A stretch of DNA of 64,000 nt, taken from assembly GCA_053919585.1 (NCBI GenBank), contig CM132789.1; one strand, written 5' to 3'. Below are positions 54,589 to 64,000 of the stretch, piece after piece (position 1 is the first letter of the stretch; each line of letters opens with the position of its first letter). The stretch is from Euprymna scolopes (taxonomy: Eukaryota). Below the pieces are notes generated by a model. It did not search any database. It worked only from the letters and a program-made list of their open reading frames with translations, and had not been told where the DNA came from. Made by a program: the position numbers and the translations under genes.

Positions 54589-54714
54589 TATATGGAGGGA
54601 ACTAAGGAGAATTAGAGAAATTATGTGATAATGCCAATTTTGTCTTATACTGCCTTAATAACTTTAGTTGTCCAGCTTTTCTCCCTCCACATTTTTTTTA
54701 TTCCATTTTCACTC

Positions 54715-55935
54715 CAACCAAGACAGTGCCACTTTGATGTAGGGGGGCTATTATCGGGGACAGTAGTTGCAGGGATATTATGTAGGGAGTTGAGCAGCAA
54801 AATGTCTATTCACATTACACTTGAACTTCTGCATGTCAGTACAGTTGGGAAAACATGAACTCAGAAGGTAGTTCCAGGGTCTAGCAGTTCTGGGGAAGAA
54901 ACTATTAGAGTAGAATGCCTTCTTACATCTAGGGATCTCTACTGTGTAGGGATTGGATTTGGCTGCTTGTTGAGTTTGTCGGGGGTATTTACGTCTACCA
55001 TTAAAGTACTTGTAAAACAGGCAGAGGGATGCAACATTTCATCAAATGGACAGTGGTTAAAGCTTGGATGACAAGGATCTATCAGGTTGGCGACTCTCTT
55101 TTGAACTCTGTCTAAGGGCGAGAGACTAGTAGCAGGTGCACCAGCCTAAATGTGACAACCATACTCCATACATGGGCGAATGGTGGCCCCTTGTAGAGGT
55201 ATAGGATACTTTCAGGCATAAGTAACTGTCTAGTATAGTAGAGAGAGCCCACCTTCCTTACAGCTGCCGTGGCGATGCTTTTAATGTATCTGTTCCAACC
55301 TATGTTCCCTGTGAACATTAAGCCGAGGAGTTTGAAAGAAGTACTTTCAGTAATGTATCTTTAGTCATAGCTATTTGTGGTTGAGAAGGTTTCTTGTAAT
55401 TATTGAAGGAAACAAACTTAGTCTTAGCAGCATTGAATGTGACCCTCCATTTTTGTCCCCATTCCACTGCAAATTGGAGGTCTTCCTCTAGTATTTCTGT
55501 AATTTCCTTAGATATTTGTTTTCCTCTCGTGCCTGTTATAGAGCGTGGTTTCATCAGCAAATATACCCATCTCGGAGACAATTTTATCAGGGAGGTCATT
55601 TATGAATATTAGGAATAATAAAGGTCCAAGGATAGACTTCTGAGGTGCACCTGAATTTATATCATATTGTTTAGATGTATGACTGTCGAGAAAAACCTGG
55701 ATTCTTCTCTTATTTAAAAAAGATTTAGTTATGTTAAGTATTCGTCCAGTGATACCGTATGATCTGATTTTCCTGAGAAGACCATCATGCCATACCCTGT
55801 CAAAAGCCTTAGATATATCTAGGGCTACCGCTCTACCCTCCCCTGCTTTATTCAGTGGATGGTATATATGTTCAGAGATTGCAGTTAAGATATCTGCTGT
55901 AGAATGGGCTTACCTAAATCCATATTGTTGGTCAT
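54715..55935 (-). mobile_element. CR1/L2-type LINE, RT through 3' end, decayed
   Basis: QYGFR..HSTAD, LDISKAFDRVWH, WGQKWRVTFNAAKTK and ESILYLYK motifs, then the shared 3' tail. Confidence 0.9.
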
Positions 55936-56204
55936 GAGAAGTTTAGCAGCTTTATACTGTTTACTCTCTTACCCAATTATTTCATTCCTAATGTAGTTAT
56001 TGCTAGACAGCACATTTCGAATATGTTACATACAACCTCCTTTACTCATCTGATGAGAAGCATTTGGCTTCAAAATACCTATGTATAAAGAGCATATATA
56101 TCTTGTACCCCTAATGATGTAATCTCCCTATTAAATGAATGATTAAATTTATATGCATAAGTATATATCTTTATATTGTCGTTTTTTCCTTAATATCGAT
56201 GCCT

Positions 56205-56481
56205 CCATTCAGTCTCGAAAGATAAAGGATACCGCCTGTAGGGACAGCTGCATGTGTAAATGTGAGGCAAGGCTTGTACAATCCCAAACCATATCTCTTA
56301 AATTGGCACTGTTTGAGTCCAGTAGCAAGGAGACGTCCAGGGCGACTGGAATCATAAGCAGTGAGCACATACAGCACCTGGAAGTCCAAAATGGTCACCC
56401 ATCTGGTACTGGCCAGGCTCATCATTGCTGAACTTCGGTGATCTGATGGAAACCGGTGCAGCAAACATGATTATGCCGTAA
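56205..56481 (-). mobile_element. 5S rRNA-derived SINE
   Basis: Reverse complement reads CACCGGTTTCCATCAGATCACCGAAGTTCAGCAA..GCCTGGCCAGTACCAGATGGGTGACC..CCAGGTGCTGTA, plus body ACTGGACTCAA.CAGTGCC. Confidence 0.85.
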
Positions 56482-56686
56482 TATTATTACTATAATTATT
56501 AAAACATGATTATGCTTGCCTGTAGATTGCTGTTTTAAAAATAATAAAAGAAAATAAATAAAAATATTATATACGTCCAAATAAAATATGGGCGATTTTC
56601 TTAAGTAAAACGATCTTCTAGGCGAAGACGCTACTTAACCGTATTTATTGTTTCAAAAAATCTACATATACATACATATATATATA

Positions 56687-56737
<51 letters not shown>

Positions 56738-56759
56738 GTGTGTGTGTGTGTATGATTGT

Positions 56760-56925
56760 CTGTTTCGAAATTTTTTAGATGAAGATTGATAAATTGAATT
56801 ATTTGTACTACTGTTCTCATCTTGAATGTTTAACGTTTCGGCTTATGTTCTTCTGACCTGACTTCAGGTGTATCTTGCTGAACTCAGTAATATGTTTGGA
56901 ATTTCAAACAGAATCCTTATGTATA
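56760..56925 (-). mobile_element. Family A 3' fragment
   Basis: Tail TACTGTTCTCATCTTGA..AACGTTTCGG..CTTCAGGTGTATCTTG. A shorter fragment of the same tail lies at about 62460-62570. Confidence 0.7.
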
Positions 56926-58599
56926 GTGTCATTGAATATATATATAAATATATATGTATATATTTATATACTAGCGGGGGGGGGCAGATCGTAAAATACA
57001 CTTGAATATATTTGAATTCAACATTTACTCAACAGCACATATGGTATAATCACGTTGAAACACCAGTTTTTGTTGGATCGACAAAGTTAAACAATGTTGA
57101 ACCTAGCCAGTAAGAGATGGGGGACTTTTTAGAAAAGCAGGTACTGTATGTAGAAGGACGTCGACACCTTGCAAAAGTTTCAAAACCCTAGCATCGCTAT
57201 CTCCCCTAACAGTGATATACATGTGATTGGGGACCGTTTGTGAATTTCATACTTCCTATTAGTATGTGAATTTTTTTTTTTCACCATGCAATCACATAGA
57301 AATACCTGATATAGTACTCTGGTGTTGGGTTACTCCACTTGGCATAATGTGCTCGTAAATTGCGTTGGATCATCCAGAAGACAAAACCTCTGATGTCTGC
57401 AGTCTATGTAGTCTTTCAGTCATTTTCTTTGCTTTCTTGATATCAAACTTTGGAGACGTGCATGTTGTCTAAGCGTATAACATGATCATTTATGAGTACA
57501 GATATCTCTACAAGTTTCATATTAGTAAAAAATGATGATAAATAAACTAGATTTATCTTAATTTATCTGAAATTGATTTTAACAATCTCAAAGTCTTCAG
57601 GAGAAAGTAAGTCGTATTGCCTTTTGCTCTTTGTATGAACTTGAAAGTTCATGGTTTATCGAGTTAGCTTTTCTTCTGTGTTTTTTATGTTAATTTAGGA
57701 AAGTAGAACCTCCTGTTTACTTTCAGCAAACTCATAACTCTTGCTTCCCTTATATTGTCTTTTAGTTCTCACATTCCATGAGCGATGTTTCTTACAAGGG
57801 AGGAAGAATTGTGGTTTTCTGGGTCAGAATTTTTTCATATCACACTTATTGTTGACTGGGTTTTATTTTGAAGTAGTACTTTTTTTTAACTCTTCTATCA
57901 AGTTGCTTCATGTCTTGTCTGGAGTGATTATTTCAATTCATCATCTTTGATTTTCCTCACATGATGTTTGTCAGATGAATGCGATGATATATAAAGACAC
58001 ACTGCACTAGAAGACATGAAACCTCATATGGTCAGTTATTTATCTATGCACGAGTCGGCTGCCTGACGTTGCCCAGTTGTAAAATATGTTTAAATATGAT
58101 AATTCAGTTCATGCAGATTTCATATCTATTATTACAGAATAAATTCTCTATGGATTAATATAATGTACACAGTACATACTAGTGATTTAATTTTTTTTTA
58201 ATATATGACTTGGATGCCATCAGCTAGAATCATTTAGCACTCCAGCCTTAGTCACTACCGTTTGAGCTATGGACATATAGATAACAAAAGTTAAAAATTA
58301 AGTAACTTGAAGCTATGAATGTGTAGAAGTAAATAGTTATATGTACTTACTCCTACCAAAGTCAACTGTTTTTTTTTTTAATTCTGATTCCTTACTAGCT
58401 ATTTTACCAGCTGAAAACCAAATCGAAATTGTTCCACAGGTCAAAATTTCCTACATATCAAGTTTCACGTCTCCAGACCAAAAATTGAGAGAGGAGTTTG
58501 GTAGATTGTTCTGCACACACACAAACAAAGTCATATATATATATGTATATATATGAGAATAATGGAAATAATATTCGGACGAGATAGAGAGATAAAATA

Positions 58600-59390
58600 G
58601 GAACAAACCAAGTTATGTGTTCATCAATGTTTCGTCTTTATTGCGAGACTTTCTCTGGATGAATGAAATTAAGAAAACAAAACACCAATACAAATATTTC
58701 AAAATATATTTTTGATGTAATGAAATGTATGATCATGTTTCATTTCAGAAAGAAAAAGTCGGTGGAAATTCAAAATGTGGGGAGGGGGGCATACCATTAT
58801 GAAAGAGTAAAATTTTTTTTTTTTTTATAACATCATATAGCAGTTAATATATTTAAAAAGATATGATACAATTTATATATATATATATATATTTTTTTTT
58901 TTGCAATAATATTTCCGTTATAATTCAAATATGGATGTGTAACTGAAAAGTTAATCTATTAAAAGAAATAATTTAATTTTACACACAGGTTAACCCTCTC
59001 ACACCATCGAAAACATCACCTATAATAATTAATACATATAATCAGTTAATAAATTATATAACAAAAATACACACATTTCATTTCAGTTACACATCCATAT
59101 TTGAATTATAACGGACATATTTGTTCCAAAAGAATATGAATTGCATCATATCTTTTAAAATATATTAACGGCTATATGACGTTATAAAAAAAATTTAGTC
59201 TCTTTCACAAGGCTCTGTCCTCCCCCCTTTTGAATTTTCAACGACTTTTTTCGTTTCTGAAATAGAACAAGGTCATACATATCATTACATAAAAAAATAT
59301 ATTTTCAAATATTTCTACTGGTGTTTTGTTTTCTTAATTTCATTAATCCAGAGAAAGTCTCGCAATAAAGATGGAACTTGGTTTGTTCCT
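58600..59390. repeat. Long fold-back: ~310-350 bp inverted arms around a ~130 bp spacer, with hammerhead-like motifs at the outer ends
   Basis: 58600-58949 is the reverse complement of ~59081-59390 (e.g. TATAATTCAAATATGGATGTGTAACTGAAA / TTTCAGTTACACATCCATATTTGAATTATA). Confidence 0.88.
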
Positions 59391-59402
59391 TTGTTCTCTC
59401 TT

Positions 59403-59471
<69 letters not shown>

Positions 59472-62400
59472 GTTCATGTGCTAAAATTTTATTATCCTAA
59501 ATGCTACACAATTATGCACAATGTAGAAAATATGCACGAATAGAAGTGAATCTAATAGGGAAATGAAAACAATTATCCAATAAGAAACTATAAAAAATGA
59601 ATAAATAATTAAAGTTCGTTTTTCAAAGAATATGCAAATTAGTGAATTTTTATTTATTCTCTCACATATCCATGACTGAGGATATTAAGAAATTCGTTTT
59701 CATAATTTTTAAATAGAAATTGTAGGTTTTTAATATCAACGTAAGTGTGAGAAAAACTCAACTTTTTATAGATATACATATTTGAGTGTCTGTGATGATA
59801 TGTATTTGTGGCAGCTAGAAATCGTACATTCATTAATTTACACATGGTTTGATTCATGACTCATCTAATAGCATTGTACCTTTGACTAACCAGCTCTTTC
59901 GATGGTAGCATTGATACTCGGAAACTTGATAAGATTCTAGAAAAAGTGACTGAAACAAATGCCTGTTCAACTTTTAAGTTGACCAACAACCTGTTGCTGG
60001 CAACTGTTCATGCTAACAGAAATAGAAATACCTGATATAGTACTCAGGTGTTGGGTTACCCTACTTGACCTGATGGACTCATGAATCGTGTTAGATCATT
60101 CATCTAGAAGACAAAAACTTTGATCTGAAACCTGTAATCTACATGTAACAGCATTGATTGACAAAATTGCGACTAAATGGTAGCAATGATACCCGGAAAT
60201 TTGATAAGCATCTAGAAAATATGACTTTAACAAATACCTGTTCAACTTTGAAGCTGACCAGCAACTTGTCGTTGGTGACTGCTCATACTAACACAACATT
60301 AGAAAGAAAAAAAAAACTAATGAAAGCCATTTCACTCCTTGATCGTTAGGAAAGAACTGGCTAGGTATAAGATTTACATTGTTGCATTAGTAGATGTTTG
60401 CTTCAGTGATGATCAACTGATAGAAGCGAGGTCTGAATGCAACCCTTAACGTTCTGGTTTTGTGGCATTCAACCTATCCGTGGATTAACAGATCTGGCCT
60501 CCCTCTTTGAATGTGGGCAGCTCTTGGATATAAAGAGGTTAGATTAGAGATGATAATCATCAGATAATAAGACAGGGTTACATTATGTACTCTGCAGACA
60601 GACGAAGTTGTCCTATGAAGCCATGGGAACTAATTTTCTCAACTTTTCAAGTGTAGTCCACAATTAGGGTGAGCTGGAAACAGAATATTAAATGACTGAT
60701 GAAATACTATTGATAACTTTAACAACAGTTTATTAGGAGTATATACGATGTAGTAAAGTTAAAACAAAAACTCTGTTATATTTTGATTTTTAAGTGGAAA
60801 ATTTATCTACAACCAGTAACTGGACATGTGTGTTTTGAGCAAATTCCGTGATGTATTGTTAAGATATGTGTTCAGCTTGAAATCTCTCCATTCATTGTCT
60901 TCTCTTGCTCCAGTTGATATGCTGGAATTCAATCAAGTTCTTCTCCACTTCCTTCATCTCGCTTTATTAGATTTTCTGTTATTTTAAAAATTTTACATGA
61001 ACGGTTATTTATTTGGTGGCTGGGACCATAGAAAATTCAGAAAGAGAAAAAGTGAGACTCATATAGAATTCGAACCTGTATGCATGAAGGTTTGGTCTTA
61101 TATGGGTTTGCATATGTTAAATAAATCTTTATTTCATTATGGTATTAGTAAACACAAGTGTCAACAAAATAACAGTGTTATACGCAGCACATATATATTA
61201 TACATAATATGCTAAATGTAAATGAAGACTTTCTTCTCTGTATTTTAATAACATAAAATACATGCTAAGATATTCATTAGGTCTGGAATTAAGTTATACT
61301 TGGAAAGAATCTAATTTAATTGTTTTCGATAGCTGTAATTTGCAATTACTCCATCAAATGATACTTCTCTTACCAATTTTATCTCTATCACTCTCACCCT
61401 CTCTCACTATATATTGACTCCTCTCTTGTTATTTTATACACTTTCTTTTCATCCTCTCTTCACAGTCAAAGGTTATAAAACTTAACATCGAAATAACCTA
61501 TCATTTACATCACCAATACAATGTTTACAATATCACGTCCACTGATATTTGAGCTTGATGCTGAATGCTCTGGAAAGGCCATTTCAGATCAATGTTTTAG
61601 CCTTAAAATATGCAAATGAAGAAATGATTTGCAGCGATTTTAAATGCTATCTCTTTTATCGTAAATTGAACTCCTTAATTAAGAAACTATTGAAATAAAA
61701 TGATGAGGTAAACTCGGGCTTGAACAGGGGATCATTTGATCTTTAGTTGAATGCTCTACGACTAAGTGTCCAGATTATAATAAATCTGTTTGTTTTTTTT
61801 TAAGAAGAAATAATTTGCTGAAATTTTATTATCTCTCTAGGCCGGTGTAACGTAAAATATTCCCCTGTAAAAATTTTCTTTTTTATCTATGAGAAAAGCT
61901 TTTGTTTGGGCTGAAAATGGAATGAAAAAAAAGATTGGATTTTTTCAATCTTTGATACTTATCGGATGAATTTAAATTTATAAAACATATCTAAGAACAC
62001 TGTCAAACTTAGCTTTGTATGAAATTTACAAAAGAAAGGCTCAGCCGTTTTGGAACCTATGAGGAATGAACACACACACATACACAATGACTTCTATATA
62101 ATAGTAGCAATAAAAAAATAATCCAAATGTTTTTATACAAAATTGGGATGTCAAATTTTACAAGAGGTCGACTTTATTATGAGTTATGTAACAACTTGTA
62201 ATAAGTCTTAATTGAAGTAAGTAGATATGACATCAATTCACTTAAGTGATAAGCAGAAAATTGTTATTACAATGCATTTTTAATGTCCTTGGATTGTTTG
62301 TAATAACGAAGAGAGCATCTCTCTATTCTGTCTAAAAAATGAGCTTTGGCACTTGTTCAAAAGGTCAGTGAGAAGATTTGGCAGATGATACAAAAGGGAA

Positions 62401-63517
62401 AATTGAATAAAACTTGATTGTTTTGTCTCCTTTAATACTTTTCAACAACAAATTTACTATTGTTTCTGAATTTTTTTGATGAGGATTATTTATATTATTT
62501 AGATTCTTTGGATTGCTGTTCTCATCTTGAGTGTTATTTTCACAACGTTTCAGTCGTGACGATTTATGCCTACTCCCTAAAAACACGACTTAATTTTATT
62601 GTTTCGAGAGATCTTTATTTGGATTCTATTATTGACAGAGCTATCTCGCCTCACGGAATCGGTTCAGATTTTTTTCCTTTTTTCATCTTCAATCAAGATT
62701 CTCTCATTACTCTAGACTGTCGATTGTCAAACTCAAGCAGGACTGTCTAGCAAACGCATGTGCATCCCCTATTTATTTTAAAGTATGTGTATGGTGTGGT
62801 AACCTCTGTTAACCAGCTTGCACTTAAAATACACTCATAGATCTGTCTCTTGACTCCTTGCTGTATGCAGGTGCATGCGTTGACAATGGAAGCCAAGTAG
62901 TTTGATCTATGTCACCGGTAGACTTTTGAACCCCATCGCACTCAATGCCATTCCACACTAATCGCACTATAGACTCCATAACATTAAAATCAATCAATTA
63001 ATTCATGAAATAGTAATCTGTGAAGCCAAAAGAATAATCAATCTATGTATATGTTTTTGTTAACATTCTGTTTTTTTATTTAAAAATGAAAGTTTTCTTT
63101 CATCATTATATTTGGTTTAACACCAGTTTTACATGCTAGCAAAACAAAAAGTGCTAGAGACAAAGACAAAAGCAATTACTCTTTTAGTTTTATAGCTATA
63201 TTTCTTTTTAGTAGTTATTAATGTGTTACTTTCGAAACTGGATATATTTTGGCATTTTATTTTATTTTTTTAGTAATTGGTTTGTATTAGATTGGAACAA
63301 TATCTGGCAAGACATAACTTTGTTTTTATTATTATGAACTTATTCCATCCACTCCTAGCTCTTACAATCACAATAGCACCTGCTCCACCTTGTGCTCCAA
63401 TGGTATCATCAAGATAGAACTTTTCAAGCTACAGCTACTATATATGATTTCCCCCAACTCTCTGTATTTGCCTAAATCTAAACACAGATTCTATTAACAA
63501 AGCTTCGTTCCCAGAAC

Positions 63518-64000
63518 TTTTTTTTTTTTTTTTTTTTTTTTTACATAGGCATCACCACATTATCAAGGCCAAGAGGCTACTCAAGGATAAGGGTTAAAGA
63601 GTGTACAGTAGAAATTGGACAATATAGTAATCATTAGTAATGAAAATTTGGTAAATTTGATAACTTATATGGAACGGCTCATCAAGAACTTATTTACGTT
63701 AGACTTGAAGACAACCATATTGTAGTCAGCCGGAAAGCAGGAAAACGGAAGACAATTCCACAGGCGTGCAGTTCTAAGAAAGAAGCTTTGTTCATGGAAT
63801 CTACGTTTAGGTTTAGGCACAGATAAAGAGTGGGGGGAATTATTGATAATGTTTACAGCTAGACGAGTGTTTCTTGTGAAAGTTTGGCGAGGGGAGAACC
63901 ATAGATTGAAGCTCAGTTGAACACTTTCCATGAAAATAACGATACATCAGAGACAAACACGCAAGATCTCTTCTGTGAGATAGAGGTTGCAAGGAAGAGA
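63518..64000 (-). mobile_element. LINE 3' end, near-identical inverted copy of 26862-27352
   Basis: Same C-terminal peptide (PKPKRRFHEQSFF.RTARLWNCLPFSCFPADYN..VFKSNVNKFLMSRSI), same 3' UTR, poly(T) at ~63518-63542. Confidence 0.9.

Noticed and set aside
59868-60292. Tandemly duplicated host exons (two similar ~150-bp open segments)
   Set aside because: The peptides resemble the extreme C-terminus of RLE-type LINEs and lack clear splice sites.

Overview
AT-rich, microsatellite- and transposon-dense metazoan (invertebrate-like) genomic DNA; the species cannot be assigned from sequence alone. The only host-gene sequence I can support is two + strand coding exons (1-36 and 13192-13326) encoding part of the PTB/PID domain of a Disabled (Dab) family adaptor. 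The rest is most likely two large introns (~13 kb and >50 kb) filled with decayed CR1/L2-type and restriction-endonuclease-type LINEs, mariner/Tc1 fragments, Helitron/Helentron derivatives, 5S-derived SINEs and simple repeats. Two things stand out. (1) A 2.37-kb Transib/RAG1-like DNA transposon (5511-7880) with a perfect 5-bp TSD, exact RSS heptamers (CACAGTG) at both ends, a shared 10-mer placed asymmetrically (19 vs 10 nt from the heptamer), and a transposase C-terminus ending in a zinc-knuckle-like tail. (2) Several families of short non-coding retroelements carrying type I hammerhead ribozyme motifs. At least two designs fuse the motif to tRNA-derived Pol III promoter heads, one family repeatedly occurs as head-to-head inverted pairs, and a Penelope-type GIY-YIG remnant is nearby. 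This suggests a Pol III/ribozyme, possibly Penelope-mobilised, SINE or retrozyme system. Boundaries of decayed repeats are approximate, and all homology calls are from motif recognition, not database searches.
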